33,849 nt of DNA from Tubiluchus corallicola (lineage: Eukaryota > Animalia > Priapulida). How positions within the stretch are numbered: the stretch's first letter is position 1; the number at the start of each line of letters is the position of its first letter. Positions 10,692 to 33,849 of this stretch are shown here, one piece after another. The notes under the pieces are model-generated. The model worked only from the letters and a program-made list of their open reading frames with translations, searched no databases and was not told the origin of the DNA. The stretch spans positions 1 through 33,849 of the forward strand of contig JAQGDQ010001584.1 in the NCBI GenBank assembly GCA_030141605.1, read 5' to 3'. Both the position numbers and the translations under genes were made by a program.

Positions 10692-11818
10692 ACATCCTGT
10701 GATAAACAAATTGAGTTAACTAAATATACAAGCCTACTCAAAGTGGCACTGATCTAAAAATGTGCCTAAACAATACAGGAACTTCGGGAGAGTTCTCCTG
10801 AGATTTATCATTTTTGAACAGAAAAAAAAACGTTGTGCCCATTTGCACTACGTTTTTCTCTGTTAAAATAGGAAATTTCTTTTGTTTATACAATTATACT
10901 TACCGAATAATTTCGAAATTCATTTTTCTCGGCGTGTACTTTCTCTGGTCGATAAATCAGGGATGGGTCGCATATTTCAACTACATTTTCCTAGACGAAT
11001 AATAACAATAATACAGACACAGGCGTATGTAGCCTTTAAATAAAGGCACCGCAACTCGGTCATAAATATGATTACGTAAACACGCACAATTCGTTTCAAA
11101 ATCTGATAATTTTACTGATAATCTTGACTCTAATAAGCTTGTAATTAACTCTGAGACCACATTCAACATAATGTAGGTTTATAAAGTGCCTATAGATCCG
11201 TGGCTTTACTAGAAGTCTGTAGCATAAATTCAGATGACTTAACACCAACACAAGTGTCTGGAAATGATAAACCATAGGATACTTCTATTACTTAGTTTAA
11301 ACATAATTTATTAGGATTGGATCAGACAGTTTGAACAACATGATTTAGGATCCTCACCACAACACGCTTTATACACTATTTACAAGAACATTTACAGTAA
11401 GAGTAGGTCTATAACTACACAAGCTGACAAGTTTTACTACAAGAATACATTATTGTAGAAAATGACGGTTAGAAAATATTAATGTACGATTATTTAAGAC
11501 TGATGCATTTTATATCAGATAGAAACTACTGGAAGCGTTTAGTACGTAATATAAAGTCATGTATGCATAGGAATATTTTACAGTTAATAATATAGTTAAA
11601 TTCATCTTTTCCGTATAATAACAACTTCAACAGATCATTAGTTCCTAAGGCAGCTATATTAAGGTTTTCGGGCAGACCGATCTTCTATTACTTAGCAGCT
11701 CAAATTATTTTTGAAACGTGACATTTCGTGTTTATTAATCCACTATCATGCCTTTGAAATAAAATTCAGAATTATAATAATTAATTACTTTTACCTGTTT
11801 TGTCGCTGAAAGCGGCAT
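588..11818 (-). CDS. MIOX: myo-inositol oxygenase, complete spliced gene: complement(join(588..696,3018..3180,4119..4186,4844..4953,5638..5705,6806..6968,7650..7730,10904..10990,11795..11818)), 873 nt, 290 aa
   Basis: All introns GT-AG with consistent phases. Translation [23 protein letters not shown]...EFRNYS...[21 protein letters not shown]...LLHDLGK...[12 protein letters not shown]...MSWGHDEYMY...RFHSFYPWH...NQFDLYSK...[16 protein letters not shown] carries the MIOX di-iron ligand motifs (HAFQ, HD, GHD, FHS, FDLY) and the FRNY arginine. Confidence 0.97.
713..2723. repeat. 46-bp tandem repeat (~2 kb) with interspersed 29-bp deletion units
   Basis: Unit TTAGAATTCAAAGGATTTTTTAGACTTTCCTGGCAATTTTAGAAGA; fills most of the last MIOX intron. 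Confidence 0.97.
3018..3180 (-). CDS. MIOX: MIOX exon 8 ([10 protein letters not shown]...[14 protein letters not shown]...WVNEFN)
   Basis: RFHSFYPWH signature; CAG/GTAAGT boundaries. The true frame differs from the track ORFs here. Confidence 0.97.
3261..3675. mobile_element. Tc1/mariner (pogo/Tigger-like) MITE, family A, full length
   Basis: TIRs CGGTCAACCTCGCTTATAAGGGA / TCCCTTATATCCGAGGTTGACTG flanked by TA; second copy at 13884-14337. Confidence 0.9.
4119..4186 (-). CDS. MIOX: MIOX exon 7 ([22 protein letters not shown])
   Basis: [12 protein letters not shown] signature; CAG/GTAAGT boundaries. Confidence 0.97.
4844..4953 (-). CDS. MIOX: MIOX exon 6 ([36 protein letters not shown])
   Basis: [12 protein letters not shown] signature; AG/GTAAG boundaries. 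Confidence 0.97.
5087..5574. mobile_element. hAT-type MITE
   Basis: TIRs TAGTGGCGACTCGT / ACGAGCCGCCGCTG; imperfect 8-bp TSD GTCATCAG / TTTATCAG. Confidence 0.8.
5638..5705 (-). CDS. MIOX: MIOX exon 5 ([23 protein letters not shown])
   Basis: HDLGK metal/substrate motif; AG/GT boundaries. Confidence 0.97.
5747..5907. repeat. ~36-bp AT-rich tandem repeat, ~4 units
   Basis: AAATATCTACTTTTAAGTAAATAACATTACTATGC-like unit repeated. Confidence 0.8.
6266..6679. mobile_element. hAT-type MITE
   Basis: TIRs CAGGGCCGGAACTA / TAGTTCTGCCCCTG; perfect 8-bp TSD CCATAAAA. Confidence 0.92.
6806..6968 (-). CDS. MIOX: MIOX exon 4 ([18 protein letters not shown]...[17 protein letters not shown])
   Basis: Overlaps track ORF 6621..6935; SDPD and HAFQTAE motifs; AG/GT boundaries. 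Confidence 0.97.
6987..7348. mobile_element. hAT-type (Blackjack-like termini) MITE
   Basis: TIRs TAGGGTTACCATA / TATGGTAACCTA; perfect 8-bp TSD ATTACGAT. Confidence 0.92.
7650..7730 (-). CDS. MIOX: MIOX exon 3 ([27 protein letters not shown])
   Basis: RV..TY.LMH..QTV.FV motif; TAG acceptor, GT donor. Confidence 0.95.
7779..8141 (-). mobile_element. solo LTR (363 bp) of an LTR retrotransposon
   Basis: Termini TGTTGTG...CACAACA; 5-bp TSD GGTGA/GGCGA (one CpG-type mismatch); on the minus strand enhancer motifs, then TATATAA (8012-8018), then AATAAA (7847-7852), i.e. U3-R-U5 order. Confidence 0.82.
8012..8126 (-). promoter_or_regulatory. heat-shock-type promoter in the LTR U3: TATA box, HSE cluster, CRE
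   Basis: Perfect HSE aGAAacTTCttGAAc 8028-8042; gTTCgaGAAcaATCtaGAT 8047-8065; TTC at 8092/8102/8112 (10-bp spacing); TGACGTCA 8119-8126; TATATAA about 10 bp from the proximal HSE. Confidence 0.75.
9430..9827. mobile_element. hAT-type MITE
   Basis: TIRs CAGGGCTTATTTCA / TGAAATAGGACCTG; perfect 8-bp TSD GTTACCAG; GC-rich subtermini. Confidence 0.92.
10187..10620. repeat. ~100-110-bp tandem repeat (3-4 units)
   Basis: AATTTAGCTAGGTTGCAGTGATAC recurs at ~10282, 10392, 10500, 10597; a dispersed unit lies at 12296-12378. Confidence 0.9.
10649..10690. repeat. (GA)n microsatellite
   Basis: Direct observation. Confidence 0.97.
10904..10990 (-). CDS. MIOX: MIOX exon 2 ([29 protein letters not shown])
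   Basis: DPSLIYRP and FRNY motifs; TAG acceptor, GTAAGT donor. Confidence 0.95.
11795..11818 (-). CDS. MIOX: MIOX coding exon 1 (MPLSATKQ)
   Basis: ATG in AATCAAC-ATG context, CAG|GTAAAA donor, phase 0 matching exon 2. Short, so less certain than the other exons. Confidence 0.75.
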
Positions 11819-12295
11819 GTTGATTTTAAGGTGATGTAGTCAATTGAAAGCAAGTTAACCTTAAACGTCAAATACACAGACAGTACCAGAAATACACAAT
11901 GTTTGCAAACTGATGTTTTGAAGTGACTGTACTTGCTGCGCTGCACTGCACTTCTGGGTCGTAGCATCATCACGTGACACGTCTTTGTTTATGCAAAGCA
12001 AAACCAGCTGAAACCGGTCACGCTTTCCGTTTCAGAGCATTGATCGGTCAGCTGAAATAAGTTTAAAACAAGCCAAGGTTAGCATGACCTCAAGCAGACT
12101 TGGATGATGCGAATCACAAACCGTCACTGCAACAAAAATATGAAAGACTTCGGTTTTGACACGAAAAAGAATTTGTAGTAGTCGACTTTTAATGGCCAAG
12201 GATATTTTCACGTGGAACCTTCATTGAAACCAACGAAGGTTTTGACATGAAATTGCCCATCTCGTAAAATTTGAAGTTACGTAGGCAGGTCGTTG

Positions 12296-12378
12296 ATCTA
12301 TGAACGTGTAAATTTAGCTAGGTTGCAGTGAGACTACTTGCACTTTTGGAGACACGTGATTTGCAAAAGTAAACAAAT
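12296..12378. repeat. single dispersed copy of the ~110-bp repeat unit
   Basis: GATCTATGAACGTGTAAATTTAGCTAGGTTGCAGTG...AAAAGTAAACAAATA matches ~10485-10568. Confidence 0.88.
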
Positions 12379-13479
12379 ATATAACTGCTGAACGTTTTTG
12401 ACAGAAGAAAATTTATACTTAACGAGTTAACGTATGTGAGAGGCTCAGAGAACCGATTCCGTACGCTGGTTATTTTCATCATTATGTTAGGCATCTAGGT
12501 TTCTTAGGCACCACTATGTTAACTCTCAAACACAGATGGGTGTAGTCACGAATCTTGCACAGTCGACACCCGAATTAGTGATTTTGAAAATGGTATGGCG
12601 AATTGTGACCTTGGCCAAAGCCTCAAGGGCACTGCCCAACGGTCAGTTTTTCGATTGTCATTCAACAACTTCTCGGGTTCTGAGTTAAATTCAAACTTTT
12701 TTCATAAGTATTTTGAGTCTGTGGGGTAAATTCTAAAATAAGTGCAAACAACGGGTCACATAACTATATAGGATACAGACCAAAGAGTGTCAAAACAAAC
12801 AAAATACACGATGTCCCATAAGGCAATGTAATACCCTTATTTTTGATTTCTAATTTTCTTTTTAAATTTTTCTATAATCTCGACAAGCTCGTACATGAAT
12901 CAAACGGGGCCTTTAACAATTCTATTCATTTATTTTTTGACTGGAACTCGGTTGCTATGGCCACGTAACCAACGTTAGAAATAACGTGCAAAATCACGTG
13001 CTATAGCCTAGGGCGCCGCTAAAATCTTGATACGCCCCTGCCTGATGGTGCTGTAATTCTTTACAGATTTTCGTTTAACCTAACTGAAAGAATTGTTCAA
13101 GGTTTTAGTTTATCTGTGCCAATTTTCAAACATTTTGCTTCGTTTGTTTAGAAAACCTAGAAAAATAGTTTATAGTAACTTATATACCAGGCATCTTATA
13201 ACTTCTTTACCTCTGCATTCACTAAATAAACAGTACACTAAGCCTGACTAAGGCACTTCTTGAATCTTACGTATAAATCAATTTTTTGTCTATTAGATGT
13301 ACATTCTTAAGGTAATTTTTGCTGAAAAACAATTTTTTTATAAGGTGCAAACTCACTCTCTATAATGTCCAATAATGAAGATGCTTCTTATATTACAGGC
13401 AACACAGTCAGCAAAATGGACATAATGATTTCGCTCAGAAATAATTATGAGGTATTTTCAATGAGTTGCTTAGTAGTTC

Positions 13480-13730
13480 ATAAATTTGTCATGGTTCTTG
13501 GTTTTTTTGCTGTTGTTGTATTTTGTTTTTTGTATTTATGGACGTTTATGTATTTTTTAATAGTTGTGTTCTGCTGTCATTAGCGTCTTTTTGTTTACTG
13601 TCTTTCTGAGAAGGGTGGTTGACTCGATAACCTTTGGTTTTTCGCCACCATTTCTCCCATGTTCGTTTGTATTTTATTGTCAAATTATTGTAAATTTATG
13701 GAGAAAAATAAAATGACTATTACTATTACT
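13480..13730 (+). mobile_element. probable 3' UTR remnant of a non-LTR retrotransposon (CR1/L2 group)
   Basis: T/G-rich tract, stem-forming GAGAAGGGTGG...CCACCATTTCTC, AATAAA, then (ACTATT)n tail. Left boundary approximate. Confidence 0.5.
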
Positions 13731-13883
13731 GGTATTCATGTATATAAATACTTATAGATCTATATGTTTATACTTATACGTATTTGTCGTCAACATAACA
13801 TGCAGTAATGTCAGTATTAACGATGTATAAATGCAATGATATGAAATAATAAAAAAATCAAGATTTCCAATGGTTCAGAAATT

Positions 13884-14337
13884 AAGGTACTCGCTTATAA
13901 GGGACACTCGCTTATAAGAGACCACCAACACCGGTTCAGATTTTTCGTAACGTTTTTCCTATGTAAAAATCTTCGTATATAAGGTACTCGGATATAAGGG
14001 ACTTTCGGATAAGGGACGATATCTTCAGGTCCCGCGTAATAGAAACCCAGCTAAATTACCTCGCATATAAGGGACCCTATGATCAAAGTGAAATTGATCA
14101 ATTTTTAACCTAAATTTTTTGCAAACTCGTCCTTCGAACAGCTCGGTTTCCGCGGTTACACATATTGCGCATCACTGAAGGAGCTTCCTAAATACCGTTT
14201 GCATTGAATGTTTAGCAATAATACATAAGAATATGGGTAAAAGTACAGGACTAGATACACCCTCGGTCTGACCCAATATAAGGGACATCGGATATAAGGG
14301 ACGGTTTTTTCTGGTCCCTTATATCTGAGGTTGACTG
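13884..14337. mobile_element. Tc1/mariner MITE family A, copy lacking the left terminus
   Basis: Aligns with 3261-3675; right TIR ...GAGGTTGACTG plus TA; repeated ATATAAGGGAC motifs. Confidence 0.88.
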
Positions 14338-14776
14338 TATTTGAAATCACACTGGATATTAATTTTCAACAATTGCGATGCATGTTGCTAAGCAATATGC
14401 CCTATCTTAGACGTAAACGATTAAAAAAACTATGGCATACAACATAATTTCTCTTTGAGCTAAATTATTCTATAAAACCACATGATCAATACCTCCTATC
14501 AAAATTTATTAACATAGTATGAAAATAGTATTAATTTTACAATGTTTTTGATCGGTGCATTAACAACTAAAGTTCAGCACTACTGAACCTGGTTATTAAA
14601 CTCAGTCAGTGTCTTACATTAGAGGATTGCTTTAACATTGGGCTACATTTCGGTCTAGTCACGACTAGTCGTGGCCTGAGAGAACGATTCTGGCTCGTTG
14701 CATCAGCATGTTTCAAAAATCTTAATTTGTGTAAAGAAATGCTCAATTTACTTTTGACCAGCATTTCTTATACGAT

Positions 14777-15562
14777 TTGGCACAATAGCAGCTTTAGCAC
14801 CTTGACACAATAGCAGCTTTAGCGCCTTGACACAATAGCAGCTTTAGCGCCATGGCACAATAGCAGCTTTAGCGCCTTGACACAATAGCAGCTTTAGCGC
14901 CTTGACACAATAGCAGCTTTAGCGCCTTGGCACAATAGCAGCTTTAGCGCCTTGGCACAATAGCAGCTTTGCACAATAGCAGCTTTAGCACCTTGGCACA
15001 ATAGCACCTTTGCACAATAGCACCTTGGCACAATAGCACCTTGGCACAATAGCAGCTTAAGCACCTTGGCACAATAGCAGCTTTAGCACCTTGGCACAAT
15101 AGTTGCTTTAGTGCCTTGGCTTGGCACAATAGCAGCTTTAGCGCCTTGGCACAATAGCTGCTTTAGTGCCTTGGCACAATAGCAGCTTTAGCACCTTGGC
15201 ACAATAGTTGCTTTAGTGCCTTGGCACAATAGCTGCTTTGGCGCCTTGGCACAATAGCAGCTTTGGCGCCTTGGCACAATAGCACCTTTGCACAATAGCA
15301 CCTTGGCACAATAGCACCTTGGCACAATAGCAGCTTAAGCACCTTGGCACAATAGCAGCTTTAGCACCTTGGCACAATAGTTGCTTTAGTGCCTTGGCTT
15401 GGCACAATAGCAGCTTTAGCGCCTTGGCACAATAGCTGCTTTAGTGCCTTGGCACAATAGCAGCTTTAGCACCTTGGCACAATAGTTGCTTTAGTGCCTT
15501 GGCACAATAGCTGCTTTGGCGCCTTGGCACAATAGCTGCTTTAGCACCTCGGCACAATAGCA
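14777..15562. repeat. 25-bp minisatellite with 16-bp variant units
   Basis: Unit TTGGCACAATAGCAGCTTTAGCRCC; a block of variants is duplicated, seen as near-identical ORFs 14944..15129 and 15213..15407. Confidence 0.97.
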
Positions 15563-15890
15563 CTTGCATTAACCATATTTACAATAGTGAAATAAAAAAT
15601 TCTGACTGCAACACAACTGTTATAGGTCATAAGAATTTCTATAAACTAAACTGCTGCTGGTATCACCCTTTTGACATTTAATTCAAAATTACAGTTACAA
15701 GGACTCAGTATGTTGAAAATAACATAAGATAAGATACTTTTTATGTATTCATCACGCATATACGCAAAAGAAAGAATTAGTTAAATCGGTTTATATACAC
15801 AACAAATTATACACAGTTTAGTAAACATAGATAAACAGAGTAGCACATTTGAATTCTTGTGTGTAAATTACAGAAGCAAGTCTGAAGTTA

Positions 15891-15990
15891 CTGATGATGA
15901 TGATGATGCTGATGATGATGCTGCTGCTGATGATGCTGCTGATGATACTGCTGATGCTGCTGCTGCTGCTGATGATGATGATGCTACTAC
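15891..15990. repeat. compound (GAT/GCT)n microsatellite
   Basis: Direct observation. Confidence 0.95.
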
Positions 15991-16129
15991 TCTGTATGCT
16001 TAGAAACACCAGATCTTTCGTTCTACATGAACACAATCTGAATACTCTTTACAATAAATATAATAACGTGCATTAATTGTTCAAAGTTTACATTTTTTGC
16101 TAACACAAATAGACAAGACAAAAGACGTG

Positions 16130-16135
16130 TTTATT
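16130..16135 (-). promoter_or_regulatory. probable polyadenylation signal of the RTK gene
   Basis: AATAAA on minus strand ~350 nt after the stop, followed by a U/GU-rich tract (TCTTTTGTCTTGTCTATTTGTGT). Confidence 0.55.
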
Positions 16136-16480
16136 GGAGTCTTCAGGAGGAATTTGAAAGCCGAGTTACGACTGCCTATTCTTAAACTCTTAGCCTTTCA
16201 AGCGCAGCCGACTGTGAGTAGCTAAGTTGTACTCTGCAAACTCACACACAGCCGTCCCTTTTAACATGTAAACAAACATGTTAAAAATAATAACAATGAG
16301 ATATTGTACAAATATTATGAAATCTAAATATCACAAATATATTTATCAATTAGATTTATTATATTTTGTGCGACTTATCAATTATACTTCTTATATTTTG
16401 TGTGACTGGACCACGCTTAGGTATGCATAACTATCTCTAGTTTTTACATTGTCTGGTTGCATGTCAAACTCTCTCCCCCT

Positions 16481-31650
<15,170 letters not shown>

Positions 31651-32053
31651 CTATTATAACAATGTTTACTTGTTTGTTTACAACATCTTGAGTGAGTAAC
31701 AAATAATAATAATCAATCAAGTAGAGAAACAAACAATCCGCTAATAAAGCGTTTCAGCGGCTGATCAAAATTTGCTCCCCAGAACCGAGACTCGTTATAG
31801 CCGACCACAATTGTTTACACATATACAGTGGGCACCATTTATTAGACTCACAGTTTATAGAATCAGTTGCTTAATTGACTAAAAAATATCTTGTATGGGC
31901 CGCTCCTATTCGAATACGTGTAAAAACAGTTGGCAATTGACTCAACATTTTTGCTTCAGGTACTTAAAATAAGACACTTGTGTCTGGTCAAGTGGTTAAA
32001 TGGTCAAAGAGCTTTTACTACTTTGATGCCATTCTTCTTTACTGTTGTGCACT

Positions 32054-32055
<2 letters not shown>

Positions 32056-32145
<90 letters not shown>

Positions 32146-32400
32146 CTTTATTTAAAGTCGGCTTTTGGGTCAACAATTAACATTAGCTCAAAGAGCTATT
32201 ATCGCTGACTGTAAATAACAAACTACAACTACATAACAGAGACTATTATTACCCCACTTTTACCCTAAATACCACGCGCCAGGCAGGGCCAACAGCAGGT
32301 ACCATTTTTAAAGTCTTTGGTATGACCCGGCCGCTGGTTCGAACTCACGACGTCCCAAACGGAAAGCAGACGCGTTACCACTAGACTAAACCGTCTGGTC
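32056..32400 (-). mobile_element. tRNA-derived SINE with Meta-like central core and (TTA)n tail
   Basis: Minus strand: box A TAGTCTAGTGG, box B GAGTTCGAACC, then GGTCATACCAAAGACTTTAAAAATGGTACC (recalled MetaSINE core), AATAAA and ~30 TTA repeats (32056-32145). Confidence 0.85.
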
Positions 32401-32803
32401 GAACATGAGTAAAAACAATCACGTTAAGTACCGTCTTGTATGTAAACAGGTACATTTATCATGCGCTAAGATGCTTTGAATCTCATCTGGTGCAATTAAA
32501 CTCATTGTCCAAGAATTTGCAACTTTACAAGTATAAATATCTCAGTGTAACTAAGAGCAGAGAGTTAATTTTAACAAATGAAACATAAGCATAAAAACCT
32601 CTAACATTTAAAGCTCTTGCAACGTTTGCAGCGCATACTAAGCCGAAGAGGAACGTTTTCTACTTCTATACTAGTAATGTTACGTCCGTCGGCTAATAGA
32701 TTCAATCGGTTAATTGGGTCAAAACACTTCCATCCCAAAGTGAGTCAATTAAGGCGCACCAACTGTATTTCGCTTATCTTTGAGCTCGCCGGACAGTGTA
32801 AAA

Positions 32804-33184
32804 CAGGGATGTGCAAATTGCGGTCTGCGGGCCACTTGCGGCCAGCTGAGAGAATTTGTGCGGCCCGCGAAGAGATTTGTCAACCTAATGAAAGTGCAGC
32901 CCGGGCGATTAATTGAGTGTATCCAGCTGAAGTCCGTGCCACGATCCGAAAGATAGTGCGGGTAGTTTTTTCTACTAGATCGGATGCCATTAACCCTTAC
33001 AAGACGGTTGTAGCTTAATGTCACTGTACTACACAGACTATGTGATACACATTACTAATACGCATTGTAATGAAATTACCACTATCTGTCCTGAAAGTAG
33101 AAATATATGGTTTGTAATATAAATTTTAATAACTTCTAAAATAGTTTCTTGAGTGTAGTACTAATGATGTACGCAGGTCGGATG
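32804..33184. mobile_element. non-autonomous hAT element fragment (left TIR and internal part)
   Basis: Starts CAGGGATGTGCAAA followed by GCGGGCC/GCGGCCC subterminal motifs; shares 255 bp with 21598-21852. Confidence 0.75.
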
Positions 33185-33849
33185 ATGCCCGTTTATAGCC
33201 TACCCTGTCATTTAATAATAGCTGGTCATAGCTGAAAATGTATTCTCACTTAGTGGTTTGTGTGGTTGACTGCCCTCAATGGAGGTTTGTTCAACTTTCT
33301 ACCAGGAGAGGAACATTTTTCGCTTTAAAAGAACTGAAAATTATGAAATGCCTCCGGGGTGCGGCAACAAACAGTGAGGGAGCAAGATGAGTTTTTGCTT
33401 GGATGGTTTTAATGAAACGTTTGCTAGCTGCTGCCACATTTCGCATTTCGTTCACGTTTGTGCGTGTCTGTGTTTTTATTTGCTTCTTTATTTTGTTCTT
33501 TCTCTGGCTGCTGTTTGTTATCAATCATATTTGGAAACAGTCTTACAAAGATATGCCATAATTTAGGAAGTCAAGCACCATTATAGGCAAATTTATTTAT
33601 ATAGTTGCCTTTGCTAACGTGTAAACACACTTTATCCTAAACTGTTCAACAAACTATGGTAATCTTTTCTAATTCGTCCACGTAATTGCCAACTAATTGT
33701 ATAATTTTTGCTTGTTTTATAAATACTTATAAACTTGCTTATTTACTTATAAATAAAAATTTGTTTCCACGTGTTTTGATTAGCATGATACAGCACACTA
33801 ATCAGTACAGTCTTTGCATCTACAAACAGACTTTCAAATGCAGTTTGGA

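Noticed and set aside
16110-16150. Penelope-type hammerhead ribozyme (CTGAAGA...AAACACGTC on minus strand)
   Set aside because: Lacks the conserved GAAA and a stem II; better explained as the RTK poly(A) region.
32310-32400. Functional tRNA gene
   Set aside because: Boxes A and B are present but run directly into a SINE core and tail; no complete acceptor stem.
33240-33524. Upstream RTK exon or hAT dimerisation-domain remnant
   Set aside because: No phase-compatible exon with IPT/Sema similarity; the ERTFSALKRLK-like reading needs several frameshifts.

Overview
AT-rich, intron-rich genomic DNA from an animal, probably a marine invertebrate (invertebrate-type 5S sequence, Meta-core-like SINE); the species cannot be assigned. 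Two spliced genes lie on the minus strand. The first is a complete 9-exon myo-inositol oxygenase (MIOX, 290 aa, 11818->588). The second is the 3' part (9 exons, 538 aa) of a MET/RON-family receptor tyrosine kinase (31650->16481), whose 5' exons were not found and probably lie beyond the window. Exon boundaries were read manually from GT/AG sites and frame continuity. The introns hold many repeats: four intact hAT-type MITEs with 8-bp TSDs, two Tc1/pogo-type MITE families, a SINE, LINE 3' ends, and several tandem arrays. Most ORFs in the supplied track are repeat-derived or spurious. Most notable: (a) a 363-bp solo LTR with heat-shock elements, CRE, TATA and poly(A) signal, in sense 48 bp upstream of a MIOX exon; (b) a 421-bp TSD-flanked retroposon joining a full 5S rRNA copy to a highly structured ~300-nt body; (c) ~0.45-kb inverted repeats bracketing three kinase-core exons; (d) a MET-like receptor lacking the exon-14 DYR degron and one activation-loop tyrosine.
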